64,000 nucleotides of DNA from Bacillota bacterium. Lineage in GTDB: Bacteria; Sysuimicrobiota; Sysuimicrobiia; Sysuimicrobiales; Segetimicrobiaceae. Position numbers and translations under genes: made by a program. Under the pieces are notes generated by a model. That model had not been told where the DNA came from. It saw only the letters and a list, made by a program, of their open reading frames with translations, and ran no database searches. The stretch covers positions 3,226-67,225 of the forward strand of contig JAJPJL010000119.1 of assembly GCA_021324255.1 (NCBI GenBank), in the 5' to 3' direction. Position 1 is the stretch's first letter; the number at the start of each line of letters is the position of its first letter. Below are positions 38,727 to 48,528 of this stretch, piece after piece.

Positions 38727-38807
38727 CGGGGCAGAGCGGCGCAAGAGCAGGGCCGCCGTAGGGAGCACGGGACCCTCGTGCCGGATCCCCAAAGGAGCCA
38801 CGATTCC

Positions 38808-39260
38808 ATGCCCAACGTCACGGCGGTGCCGGCGCGCACCGACACGCTCGGCCGCGTCGCGCTCCTGGCCGTCCTGGCCGACAATCCGCAGGCGGTCGTC
38901 GCCGGGGCGCCGGCCTATCGCGTCGTGCTCGGTCAGGTCGGCACGATGGACGTGCAAAAGATCATCGCCGCGGTCGAGACGGCCGCGCGGCGGGAGCGGC
39001 TGATCGGCGCGGAGTACGCGGAGGAGCACGCCCTCTACCACGCGACGCTCGAAGCGCTGCACGGCATCGGGCGCGGCCAGATCGCGCTGGGGACGCTGCT
39101 CCGCACCGTCGGGCTGCGGTTCTCCCTGGTCAAGGGACCCCGGGGACCCGGCGACCGGACGACGTGGATCGCGGTGGCGCTGTACGGGACGATCGGGCAG
39201 CCGGTGAAGGGCATGGAGCACGAGGTGGCCGGGTTGGGGATCGTGCACGCGTCGGCGTAA
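38808..39260 (+). CDS. hutP: Hut operon RNA-binding antiterminator HutP
   Basis: [63 protein letters not shown]; SD AAAGGAG; upstream of hutH. Confidence 0.95.
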   Translation: MPNVTAVPARTDTLGRVALLAVLADNPQAVVAGAPAYRVVLGQVGTMDVQKIIAAVETAARRERLIGAEYAEEHALYHATLEALHGIGRGQIALGTLLRTVGLRFSLVKGPRGPGDRTTWIAVALYGTIGQPVKGMEHEVAGLGIVHASA

Positions 39261-39327
39261 CGGCAAGGCAGGAGAACGCGAGGACGCGATCTAAAGCACC
39301 GCCAGGCTCAGAGCGAGAAGACGGGAG

Positions 39328-39358
39328 AGGGCCGCGTCGGGATGACGTGGCCCTTTTT
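39328..39358 (+). terminator. Intrinsic terminator/attenuator between hutP and hutH
   Basis: AGGGCCGCGTC-GGGAT-GACGTGGCCCT followed by TTTT, preceded by an NAG-rich tract. Confidence 0.85.
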
Positions 39359-39376
39359 GCATGCGGAGGCGCCGGC

Positions 39377-40903
39377 ATGGTGGAGATCGACGGTCACAGT
39401 CTGACGCTGGAGCAGGTGGAAGCCGTGGCGCTCGGCGCACCGGCCGCGCTGGCGCCTGCGGCCCGGCGCGCGGTGGAATGCTCGCGGGCCGTGGTGAGCT
39501 CGATCCTCGAGACCGGGCGGCCCGTGTACGGCGTCTCCACCGGGGTCGGCGAGCTGCGCACGGTGACGATCCCCGCGGATCAGGTCGAGCGCCTGCAACG
39601 AAACATCCTGCGCTCGCACGCCGCCGGCGTCGGCATCCCGTTGCCGGATGCCGCGGTGCGCGCGATGATGCTGCTGCGGGCCAACGCGCTTGCCGGCGGA
39701 TGCTCCGGCGTGCGGCCCGCCGTCATCGAGACGTTGTTACGGATGCTGGCCACGGGCGTGCACCCGGTCATCCCGGAACAGGGGTCGCTCGGCGCGAGCG
39801 GAGATCTGGCGCCGCTCGCGCACCTGGCGCTCGTCCTGATCGGCGAGGGGGAAGCGATGGTCGGCGGCACGCGGCTCCCGGGGCGTGAGGCGATGAGGAG
39901 GGCCGGCATCGAGCCCCTGGTGCCGGAGGCCAAGGAAGGCATGGCGCTCATCAACGGCACGCAGTTCATGAGCGCGCTCGGCACGCTGTTCGTGCTCGAC
40001 GCCGAGCGCCTGGCGGGCCTCGCCGACATCGCGGGCGGGCTATCGCTCGAGGCGCTCCGGGGCACGGATGACGCGTTTGCCGAGCGCCTGCAAAGCGCGC
40101 GTCCTCATCCCGGCCAGATCGAGAGCGCGCGGCATCTTCGCGCATTGCTGCAGGGCAGCTCGCGGATCGTACGGCGCGATTACCAGCGCGTGCAGGACGC
40201 GTACTCCCTTCGGTGCATGCCCCAGGTCCACGGGGCCGTGCGGCAGGCCCTGGCGCATCTGAGGGCCGTGCTCGCGATCGAGGTCAACAGCGCCACCGAC
40301 AACCCGCTGGTCTTTGCCGAGGACGGCGCCGTGGTCTCCGGCGGCAACTTTCACGGAGAGCCGCTGGCGCTCGCCCTGGATTACGCCACCGCGGCCGTCG
40401 CGGAGCTGGCCAGCATCAGCGAGCGTCGGATCGAACGCCTCGTGAATCCCTATCTGTCCGGTCTCCCCGCGTTTCTGACGCCGGACGGCGGCGTGCGTTC
40501 CGGGTACATGCTGGCCCAGTACACCGCGGCGGCGCTCGTTTCGGAGAACAAGGTGCTGTCCCATCCGGCCAGCGTGGACAGCATCCCCACATCGGCAAAC
40601 CAGGAGGACCACGTCAGCATGGGGGCGCACGCGGCGAGGAAGGCGCTCCAGGTGCTGCGCAACAGCCAGCAGGTGCTCGCGATCGAGCTCGTGGCGGCAT
40701 GCCAGGCGGTCGATTTCGGCACGGGCGATCTTGGCGTCGGGACGAGCGCCGCCCACCGCACGGTGCGGGCGCGCGTGCCGCGTCTCGAGGACGATCGCGT
40801 TCTCAGCCGCGACTTTGCGGCGGCGCTGGAGCTGGTCCGCGGCGGTGCGGTGTTGCAAGCGGCGGCGGACGCCGTTCGCGCCGCGCCGGCACGCACGCCG
40901 TGA
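39377..40903 (+). CDS. hutH: Histidine ammonia-lyase
   Basis: [17 protein letters not shown] (MIO-forming ASG), [32 protein letters not shown]. Confidence 0.96.
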   Translation: MVEIDGHSLTLEQVEAVALGAPAALAPAARRAVECSRAVVSSILETGRPVYGVSTGVGELRTVTIPADQVERLQRNILRSHAAGVGIPLPDAAVRAMMLLRANALAGGCSGVRPAVIETLLRMLATGVHPVIPEQGSLGASGDLAPLAHLALVLIGEGEAMVGGTRLPGREAMRRAGIEPLVPEAKEGMALINGTQFMSALGTLFVLDAERLAGLADIAGGLSLEALRGTDDAFAERLQSARPHPGQIESARHLRALLQGSSRIVRRDYQRVQDAYSLRCMPQVHGAVRQALAHLRAVLAIEVNSATDNPLVFAEDGAVVSGGNFHGEPLALALDYATAAVAELASISERRIERLVNPYLSGLPAFLTPDGGVRSGYMLAQYTAAALVSENKVLSHPASVDSIPTSANQEDHVSMGAHAARKALQVLRNSQQVLAIELVAACQAVDFGTGDLGVGTSAAHRTVRARVPRLEDDRVLSRDFAAALELVRGGAVLQAAADAVRAAPARTP

Positions 40904-40986
40904 CATGGGGAGGGTTGACGAGCCGAGGCAGCCCTGCCGGACTTGCCTGACGCGGGGTCGGTCTCGGCCCTGAGGAATCTCATCCG

Positions 40987-41195
40987 GCGAGGGTCCCACC
41001 GCGCCTGCGCCGTAGACCGCCTCCGGTCGGCGCCCGCGGTGCATCCGTGAGTGTCGCGCGTTTCGCGTGCGCGGCGAACAACGCGGTTTCCCGAAATTTG
41101 GTGGGCGCCGGTCGCAGTCTGGCTCACGCCGTGGACCCGGGAGCGAAGGGCGGGTCCGGCCGATGCGAACCCGAGCCGGAGTCCGGCCATGGCGC
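40987..41195 (+). repeat. Dispersed intergenic repeat element, copy B
   Basis: 89/104 ungapped identity to copy A core; the upstream CCGCCTCCGGTCG block is shared too. Confidence 0.85.
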
Positions 41196-41259
41196 CCGAG
41201 GAGTCCCCGGACGCAGTCCCGAACGAGTGGCGGGGGTGTCGCGGGAGGCGCGTGCGCGC

Positions 41260-42276
41260 GTGACGGTGGAACATGCGGCTTCGGCCGTTGCGGAGGCCGG
41301 CGTCGCACCCCGGCGCGGGTGGGGCGGCCGCGTCATGGGGTCGTACGAAGCGGCGATCTACGCCGCGCTGCTACTCGTGGTCGCGGCGGTGTCGATCGCG
41401 ACGCCGCGCTTTCTCTCGCCGGACAACCTCTTTGAGGTGGCGCGCAACTTCTCGTTCATCGCCGCGGCGGGCGTGGGCGAGGCGATCGTCATCATCGCGG
41501 GCGGCGGCGGCATCGACCTGTCGGTCGGGTCCGTGATGGGACTCGGCGGCGTGGTCGCGACCAAGTTGCTCGGCATGAACCTGGGACTGCTCCCGGCCGT
41601 CGGGCTCGGGGTCGCCGCGGGCTGGGCATGCGGCGCCGTCAACGGCCTCCTGGTGACCAAGGCGAAGATGACGCCGCTCATTCCCACGCTCGGCATGCTG
41701 TCGATCGCGCACGGGCTCGCCCTGGTCATCACCCAAGGATATCCGCTGTCGTCGCTCGGCCCCGCCGGCCCGGCCTTCATCGCGCTCGGCGCGGGGTACG
41801 TCGGTCCCGTGCCGAACCCGGTCGTGTACATGGCGCTGGTGGTGGGCGCAGGCTGGGCGGTGCTCACGCACACGCCGTTTGGCTACGATCTCTACGCGGT
41901 CGGCGGGAACGACGAGGCCAGCCACCTGAGCGGCATCCACGTCACGCGGGTGCGCCTCGCGGCGTACATGATCAGCGGCGCGCTCGCCGCCCTCACCGGG
42001 ATTCTGCTGGCGGCGCGGCTGTCGGTCGGGGACGCGACCACCGGGCAGGGCGAGGAGCTCAACGTCATCGCCGCGGCCGTGATCGGCGGGGTGAGCCTGC
42101 TCGGCGGGCAGGGGTCCGTGCTCGGACTGTTTGCCGGCGCCGCGCTGATCGGGGTGCTGTTGAACGCGATGGTGCTCACGGGCGTGCCGGCGTTCTGGCA
42201 GGAAGTCGTGATCGGCAGCACCATCATCGTGGCGGTGCTCCTCGATCGGTTGCGGATCCGGTTGGCCCGCGACTGA
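41260..42276 (+). CDS. Sugar ABC transporter permease (RbsC-like)
   Basis: GGIDLSVGS, YAVGGNDEASHLSGI, ELNVIAAAVIGGVSL.GG.G; start may be ATG 41335. Confidence 0.92.
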   Translation: MTVEHAASAVAEAGVAPRRGWGGRVMGSYEAAIYAALLLVVAAVSIATPRFLSPDNLFEVARNFSFIAAAGVGEAIVIIAGGGGIDLSVGSVMGLGGVVATKLLGMNLGLLPAVGLGVAAGWACGAVNGLLVTKAKMTPLIPTLGMLSIAHGLALVITQGYPLSSLGPAGPAFIALGAGYVGPVPNPVVYMALVVGAGWAVLTHTPFGYDLYAVGGNDEASHLSGIHVTRVRLAAYMISGALAALTGILLAARLSVGDATTGQGEELNVIAAAVIGGVSLLGGQGSVLGLFAGAALIGVLLNAMVLTGVPAFWQEVVIGSTIIVAVLLDRLRIRLARD

Positions 42277-42351
42277 TCGCTGGAACGCGATCGGCCGGGC
42301 CCGCGTAGGGAGGACTGAGCACCCATACGGCAGGAGAGGGAGGGGATCGGT

Positions 42352-43326
42352 ATGCGCGTGTGGCGCGTTCTTGCGTCCGTCGCCCTGACAGTCGCTCTCG
42401 CCAGCCCCTTGCTCGGTGTACCCGCGGCCCATGGCGCCAAGGCGCTGGTGTTCGCGGTCGTGCCGAAGGCGATCAACAACCCGTTCTACAACGATGTCCG
42501 CCGGGGCTGCGAGGCCGAGGCCAAGAAGCTCGGCGTGACCTGCGACTTCACGGGGCCGACCGTGACGGAGATCCAGCCTCAGACGCAGGTGCTGGAGAGC
42601 CTCATCCAGCGGCACGTTGACGGGATGGCGATTGCACCGGTGGACGGGAAGGCGGCCGTGCCGATCATCGACCAAGCGATGAGCGCGGGGATCGCGGTCG
42701 TGACGTTCGACTCGGACGCCGCGCCGGGGTCGAAGCGGCTCGCGTTCATCGGCACCGACAACTACGCCGGCGGGGTGGCGCTCGGCAAACAGTTCGCCAA
42801 GGCGCTGCCCGGCGGCGGGAAGTACGCCATCATCACGGGCGGCCTCGGCGCGGAGAACCTGAACGAGCGCATCAAAGGCGTCCGCGACGGGCTCAAGGCG
42901 GCGGGCGTCGCGAGCAAGTTCACCGAGGTGTCCGGCTCGCCGTTCCCCTGCAACGACGACGTGAACCGATCGGTCCAGCTCATCGAGCAAAACCTCACCG
43001 CGCATCCCGACCTGAGCGGCATCGTCGCTGTCGGCGGCTGGCCGCTGTTCGCTCCGGAGGCGTACAAGCAGGCCCTCAAGCCGAAGGCGGCGGCGATGGC
43101 GTCCGGCAAGTTCGTGGTGGTATCGTTCGACACGCTGCAGCAGGAGCTGCAGCTGCTCCACGACGGATACGTGAGCGCCTTGGTCGGCCAGCGCCCGTAT
43201 GAGATGGGCGTCGACAGCATCGAGGCGCTCTACACCTACGTGACCAAGAAGACGAAGCCGCAGGATCCGTGGCACACGGGTCTCGACGTCGTGACGAAGG
43301 CGAACGTGGGTCAGTTCCTCAAGTGA
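42352..43326 (+). CDS. Sugar ABC transporter substrate-binding protein
   Basis: Signal peptide, NNPFY, VVTFDSD, IGTDNY..G, QRPYEMG. Confidence 0.92.
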   Translation: MRVWRVLASVALTVALASPLLGVPAAHGAKALVFAVVPKAINNPFYNDVRRGCEAEAKKLGVTCDFTGPTVTEIQPQTQVLESLIQRHVDGMAIAPVDGKAAVPIIDQAMSAGIAVVTFDSDAAPGSKRLAFIGTDNYAGGVALGKQFAKALPGGGKYAIITGGLGAENLNERIKGVRDGLKAAGVASKFTEVSGSPFPCNDDVNRSVQLIEQNLTAHPDLSGIVAVGGWPLFAPEAYKQALKPKAAAMASGKFVVVSFDTLQQELQLLHDGYVSALVGQRPYEMGVDSIEALYTYVTKKTKPQDPWHTGLDVVTKANVGQFLK

Positions 43327-43389
43327 GCGGGTAACCGGCGCAGGCTGGGGCGGCCCGGAGCCGCCCCGGCCCTCCGCGGAGCGCAGGCG

Positions 43390-44190
43390 ATGACGGCGGC
43401 GGTCGTCGAGATGCGGGCCATCGAGAAGCACTTCGGGGCGGTCCACGCGCTCCGCGGGGTCGATCTGGATCTCTTGCCGGGCGAAGTCCTCGGGCTCGTC
43501 GGCGACAACGCCGCCGGCAAGTCGACGCTGATGAAGGTACTGTCCGGCGCGATCCCGCCCGACGGCGGGCAGATCCTGTTTCGCGGGGCGCCGGTACGGT
43601 TTGCGTCGCCGGCCGAGGCCCGGGCGCGCGGGATCGAGATGGTGTACCAGGACTTCGCCCTGTGCAACAATCTCGACATCGCGCAGAACATCTTCCTCGG
43701 GCGGTGGCCGGTGCGCGGGGGCGTCCTCGTCGACCGCCGGGCCATGCAACGCGCCGCGGAAGCGATGCTCGAGCGGCTGCGCATCGACGTGCCTTCGGTG
43801 ACGGTGCAGGTCCGGCACCTTTCCGGCGGTCGCCGGCAGAGCGTGGCCATCGCCCGGGCGCTGTCCTTCAACCCCGCGGTCCTCATCCTGGACGAGCCGA
43901 CGGCCAACCTCTCTCCGGGTGCCACGCACGAGGTGCTCAGCCTGGTGGCGGACCTCAAGCAGCACGGCGTGGGCGTGATCCTGATCAGCCACCGGCTGCA
44001 GGAGGTGTTCGCGATCGGCGACCGCGTCGCCGTGCTCAAGCAGGGCCGCCACGTCGCCACGCGGCGCGTGCGCGACGCCACGGAGGACGAGATCCTGGAG
44101 CTCATCGTCACGGGCGGCCGCGCCGCCGCGACGAATCCGGCGCGTCGCCCGGATGCCGGCGGCGGCCCGGAGAGCCCGGTCGGAGACTGA
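43390..44190 (+). CDS. Sugar ABC transporter ATP-binding protein (single NBD)
   Basis: GDNAAGKST, LSGGRRQ, ILDEPT, ISH. Confidence 0.92.
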   Translation: MTAAVVEMRAIEKHFGAVHALRGVDLDLLPGEVLGLVGDNAAGKSTLMKVLSGAIPPDGGQILFRGAPVRFASPAEARARGIEMVYQDFALCNNLDIAQNIFLGRWPVRGGVLVDRRAMQRAAEAMLERLRIDVPSVTVQVRHLSGGRRQSVAIARALSFNPAVLILDEPTANLSPGATHEVLSLVADLKQHGVGVILISHRLQEVFAIGDRVAVLKQGRHVATRRVRDATEDEILELIVTGGRAAATNPARRPDAGGGPESPVGD

Positions 44191-44203
44191 TAGGGGCGCG
44201 CTG

Positions 44204-44989
44204 TCAGGCTCCGCCGATCGTCAGGAGCAGGTCCGTGCCGTAGGCGAAGAGGAATCCGATCACGAGCCCCCACGCGGCGCCCACCGGCGCGCGGAAGCGG
44301 CGGCCGACGGCGAACATCTCCCCCACGATGTAGAACAGCGCGCCGGCCGCGAGCGCGAGGAAGAGGACGAACGCCAGCGGCGAGGTCGCGCGGTAGCCGA
44401 TGAGCGTCCCGATGAACGTCGGCCCCCCGCCGATCAATCCGGCGAGGCCGAGGAACGGCCACGAGGTCGGCTCGCCCGCCGCCGCGAGCGGCGACGCCAC
44501 GGCAAATCCCTCCGTCACGTTGTGGAGTCCAAACCCGATGATGAGGATGACCGCGAACCCGATGGCTCCCGTGGCCGCGGCCTGCCCGATGGCCAGTCCC
44601 TCCGAAAAATTGTGCAGTCCCAACCCGGTGGCGATCATGAGCGTGAGGGCGTGCCCCGGCCGCGGAGCCGCGGACGTGCGCCGGAGCATCCGAGCGTGGA
44701 ACGTCACCAACCCGACGACGCCGACGACCAAGCCGACGGCGAGCATGGCCACGAGCGACAGAAACGCCCCCCAGTGACCGGACCGCAGGCCCGCACGCAT
44801 CGCGGTGTCGATCGGCTCCTGCGCCTTCGAGAGCACGTCCCAGATGAGGAAGAGCAGGATCCCCAGGGCGAAGGCGTTGAGGACGTTTTGGAACGCGTGC
44901 GGCCGGCGGCCGAGCCCGGCGAGGGGCAGCCCGAGGTAAATCGTGAACCCGGCCACAGCCCCGAGCGCGGTCGTCTGCCAGATCGTCAT
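44204..44989 (-). CDS. ZIP family divalent metal transporter
   Basis: GLHNFSEGLAIG and GLHNVTEGF motifs, multiple TM helices. Confidence 0.9.
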   Translation of the reverse strand: MTIWQTTALGAVAGFTIYLGLPLAGLGRRPHAFQNVLNAFALGILLFLIWDVLSKAQEPIDTAMRAGLRSGHWGAFLSLVAMLAVGLVVGVVGLVTFHARMLRRTSAAPRPGHALTLMIATGLGLHNFSEGLAIGQAAATGAIGFAVILIIGFGLHNVTEGFAVASPLAAAGEPTSWPFLGLAGLIGGGPTFIGTLIGYRATSPLAFVLFLALAAGALFYIVGEMFAVGRRFRAPVGAAWGLVIGFLFAYGTDLLLTIGGA

Positions 44990-45262
44990 GAGGCGCCTCC
45001 CCCTCCTTCGGCGCGAACGCAGGATGGCTGCGAACGCCGTCCTATTGTAGCGTGCGGGGAGCGACGGGGAGCGTCAAGCGGAGAGCGTGGCCTCCGCGTA
45101 GAGGGCTTGCGGCGCAAGGGCCCGGCGTGTTGGTAAGGATCTGGCGTACGTAAAACGATGGCCGTCGCAGCCGGCCGGCCGCCCGCGCCTCTCTTGGACC
45201 GCGAGGCGGGGCGGCCGGCGGGAGCGCGCGGAACGTTGGGGCTCGGGGTCGTCAGAAGTTGC

Positions 45263-45442
45263 CTACTGGGCGGCCAGGAAATCCGGCCCGGTCAGCAGGT
45301 GTTTCTCCCGCGCGACGCGCCAGACGGCCGGCGTCAGGAAAAAGGCGATGATGTACGCCACCGTGCCGTAGCACAGGATGTAAAATGCGGGCGCCCCGCG
45401 CGTGTACGCCCAGCCCGCGGCGCCGAGGAACGTGAACGATGA
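45263..45442 (-). pseudogene. Internal fragment of a sodium:solute symporter gene
   Basis: SFTFLGAAGWAYTRGAPAFYILCYGTVAY...VWRVAREKHLLTGPDFL resembles SSS TM2-3; no start codon, ends at TAG. Confidence 0.7.
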
Positions 45443-45455
45443 GCCCGGCGCGACG

Positions 45456-47048
45456 TCAGGCGGCGGGCACGTCGTCCACTTGGGCGCGGCCCCGGCGCAG
45501 GAAGACCACGAGCGGCAGGCAGAGGAAGAACACCACACCGATCACGCCAAAGGCGTACTCGAACGCCACGACCGACGCCTGCTGGCCGATCAAGGCATTC
45601 AATGCCGCGAGCGCTTGCATGTGGGCGGTGGCGGGGTCATGTCCCCGCGCAACGAACGCGGCTTCGTACGTCTGCCACCACTGCCGGAACGACGGGTTGT
45701 AGAGGGACGCGTACCGGACGAGATTCGCGCTGGCGGTCGCGATCTTGTGGTCGAGCAGCGTGATCACGATCGCGGTCCCCAGGCTGCCGCCGAGCTGGAA
45801 CATCAACGTGAACATGCTCGAAGCGCTCTGCATCTTCCGGCGCGGGATCGTGGAGAGCGCGGTCGTCGACATGGGGACGAACATGAGGGCGAACCCGAAC
45901 CCCTGCAGGATGAGCGGCAGGAGCAGCTGCACCGGCCCGCTGTCCGTGGTGAAATGCGCCATCATCAGGCCCGAGGCGCCGGCGAGGAGCAGCCCGCACG
46001 GCAACATGATGTAGACGCCGAGCCGGTTGTACAGCAGCCCGGCGACCGGCATCATCAGCACCATGACCAGCGAGCGCGGCATCAACGTCAAGCCGGCCCG
46101 CGTGGCATCGTACCCGAGGAGATTTTGGAGGAACAGCGGCAACAGGATCAGGCCGCCGAACAGCGTCATCCCGATCACGCCGCCGATCAACGAGCCCGAG
46201 GCAAACGAGACGTTGCCGAAGACGCGCAGGTCGACCGCCGGTTCCTCGGCGCGCAACTCCCAGATCATGAACGCCGCGAGGGCGACGACGACGATGACGG
46301 CGAGGGTGGAGATGAACGGGCTCCCGAACCACCCGTCCGTCTCGCCCTGTTCGAGCAGCACCTGCAGCGACGCCAGGCCCACCGCCATCAGCCCGATCCC
46401 GATGCCGTCGATCCGCCGCCATCCCTGCGCCCGCATGTACGGCGGGTCTTCGATGAACAGCGAGGCGAGAAACAGCCCGAGGACGCCGATCGGGAGATTC
46501 ACGAAAAAGATCCAGGGCCACGAGTAATTGTCCGTCAGCCAGCCTCCGAGCGTCGGCCCGATCGCCGGTCCCAGCAGGATGATCATGCCGAAGATGCCCA
46601 TGGCCTGACCCTGCTCCTCGGGCGGAAACGACTCGCGCATGATCGCCTGCGCCGTGGGCGAGAGCACGCCGCCTCCGAGGCCCTGGATCACCCGGAACGC
46701 GATCAGCTGCCCCAGGGTGCGGGCCAGGCCGCACAGCAGGGACGCGGCGGTGAAGATCGCGACGGCCAGCATGTACATGCGTTTGCGCCCCAGCACGGAT
46801 CCGAGCCATGCCGTGAGCGGCATGACGATGACCAGCGCAATGAGGTATGAGGTGCTGACCCAGGTCACCTGTTGCGTCGTGACGCCGTAGGAGGCTTGAA
46901 TGTGGGCCAGCGCGACATTCACGACGCTGGAGTCGATGGCGCCCATGACGGCCCCGGCGATCACGGAGACCGCCACGAGCCATTTGCTGGGGCGTGCCGC
47001 GCCGGCGCGCCCCGTGCCGCCTAGGGCGGAAGTTGCATCCACAGCCAT
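45456..47048 (-). CDS. DHA2 (EmrB/QacA) family MFS efflux transporter
   Basis: DSSVVNVAL, WVSTSYL, FRVIQGLGGG, GPTLGGWLTDNYSWPWIFFVNLPIG. Confidence 0.93.
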   Translation of the reverse strand: MAVDATSALGGTGRAGAARPSKWLVAVSVIAGAVMGAIDSSVVNVALAHIQASYGVTTQQVTWVSTSYLIALVIVMPLTAWLGSVLGRKRMYMLAVAIFTAASLLCGLARTLGQLIAFRVIQGLGGGVLSPTAQAIMRESFPPEEQGQAMGIFGMIILLGPAIGPTLGGWLTDNYSWPWIFFVNLPIGVLGLFLASLFIEDPPYMRAQGWRRIDGIGIGLMAVGLASLQVLLEQGETDGWFGSPFISTLAVIVVVALAAFMIWELRAEEPAVDLRVFGNVSFASGSLIGGVIGMTLFGGLILLPLFLQNLLGYDATRAGLTLMPRSLVMVLMMPVAGLLYNRLGVYIMLPCGLLLAGASGLMMAHFTTDSGPVQLLLPLILQGFGFALMFVPMSTTALSTIPRRKMQSASSMFTLMFQLGGSLGTAIVITLLDHKIATASANLVRYASLYNPSFRQWWQTYEAAFVARGHDPATAHMQALAALNALIGQQASVVAFEYAFGVIGVVFFLCLPLVVFLRRGRAQVDDVPAA

Positions 47049-47081
47049 GCAGTGACTAGTCTCCTTGCCAGACTCTACCTA

Positions 47082-47111
47082 ATGTCGTGCATCATTATGT
47101 CGTGCATCATT
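47082..47111. repeat. Perfect 15-bp tandem repeat upstream of the MFS gene (candidate operator)
   Basis: ATGTCGTGCATCATT x2. Confidence 0.8.
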
Positions 47112-47133
47112 GCCGAACTCCGGCAAGGGTTCG
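47108..47133 (-). repeat. Partial copy (D) of the dispersed element, 3' motif only
   Basis: Reverse complement CGAACCCTTGCCGGAGTTCGGCAATG is 22/26 identical to 41166-41191. Confidence 0.5.
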
Positions 47134-47425
47134 AACCATATGTCGAACCCGACCCCGCCACGGACGGCACGCTGACCCATCGGCGCGGCTGGGTGCCGCG
47201 ACTGCCCCGCCCGTGGACGCCGCGCCGCGCGGCCCCCCTCGGGCGCGGACGTCGCCCGTCGAGGCGCTGCCCGGAGGCCCTGGGACGCGGTGCGGGGGGT
47301 GAAGCCGGAGGCCGGACCCATCTCATCGGTTAACGACGGAAGGGCGCCCCCGACTCCCGGACACGGGTGGACGCGGTCACCCCCTGTGGAGAGCCCGGCG
47401 CGCAGGGCGGATGGCGTCGGGGTGG

Positions 47426-48349
47426 CTATTCCGGCCAGGGCGGGTCGATGCCGAGGTCGCGGAGCTTGCGCCACGCCTCGGCGCGCTCCCGGTTGCGTCT
47501 CAGCTTGCCGTCCCGCGTGGCCAACCACCCGAACTCCTCCGCCAGGCGCCGCGCGCCGTCGCGGTCCCCCCCGGACAGGCGCCTGATGACCTGGATCTCG
47601 AGCGCGCTCAGGGTGAGGCTGTTGAGGTGGTAGTCCTTGAACGCCTGCCACGCGATCGGGCACCACCGGCGTACGATCTCGTTGCCGATGACGGTGGCGT
47701 AGGCCCGGATCTCGGCTTGCGCGTGCTCGTCCATCCTCAAGCCGAGGAAGTGGAGGAGGTTGTACAGATCGATCTTCCAGTAGGCTTCCGTGTACGTGGA
47801 CAGCGGGAGATCCTTGCGGGCCTGTTCCCGCGCGATGCCGGCCGCGAGGCGCTCCTCGTAGACATTCCGGGCAAGCGCCTGGAGCTCGGCCTCACGCTCG
47901 GTGAAGCGGCCGCCAACCTCCGCGGGGAGGACACCGGCGCTGCCCTGCCTGTTTCGCGAAGACTGCAGCCGCCATGCGCCGGGATCCGTGCGTGCCGCCT
48001 GATCGATGGCGATCGAATAGCGCGTCGAATACTCGTTCGTCGAGGCCGTCCGGTGCCGTATCCACTGGCGCCACGTGTCCATGGGGACGCGGACGTGCAG
48101 CTTGATCTCGCACATCTCGAACGGCGTCGTGTGGCGGTGGCGCATCAGGTAGCGGATGAGGCCCGTGTCCTCGTGGACCGCCTTCGTCCCCGCGCCGTAT
48201 GAGACCCGCGCCGCCTGGACGATCGCCTGGTCCGAGCCGAGGTAGTCGACGACGCGGACGAAGCCGTCGTCGAGCACGCGCCACGTGTGCCCGAGCACCC
48301 GTTCGAGTTCGGGCGCCTTGATCCGGTCCAGCGCGGATTGGTCGTCCAT
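47426..48349 (-). CDS. thyX: FAD-dependent thymidylate synthase
   Basis: AARVSYG, HTTPFE, RQWIRHRTASTNEYSTRY, REQARKDLP, HAQAEIR. Confidence 0.95.
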   Translation of the reverse strand: MDDQSALDRIKAPELERVLGHTWRVLDDGFVRVVDYLGSDQAIVQAARVSYGAGTKAVHEDTGLIRYLMRHRHTTPFEMCEIKLHVRVPMDTWRQWIRHRTASTNEYSTRYSIAIDQAARTDPGAWRLQSSRNRQGSAGVLPAEVGGRFTEREAELQALARNVYEERLAAGIAREQARKDLPLSTYTEAYWKIDLYNLLHFLGLRMDEHAQAEIRAYATVIGNEIVRRWCPIAWQAFKDYHLNSLTLSALEIQVIRRLSGGDRDGARRLAEEFGWLATRDGKLRRNRERAEAWRKLRDLGIDPPWPE

Positions 48350-48528
48350 GCCCGCATAGTTCGACGCGATCGGCCAAAACTTTTGCGTGCAGGAACGGCG
48401 CCTCGTGCTGCACGAAGTGCCGTACCGTTCCTCGGAGGGGGGACGGGCCCCGGCAGAATTACGGGCCGTCTCAACGGTGTCCCCGGATCTCCACACCGGG
48501 AAACCAGCTTCCCCGGGAGGGCAGACCC

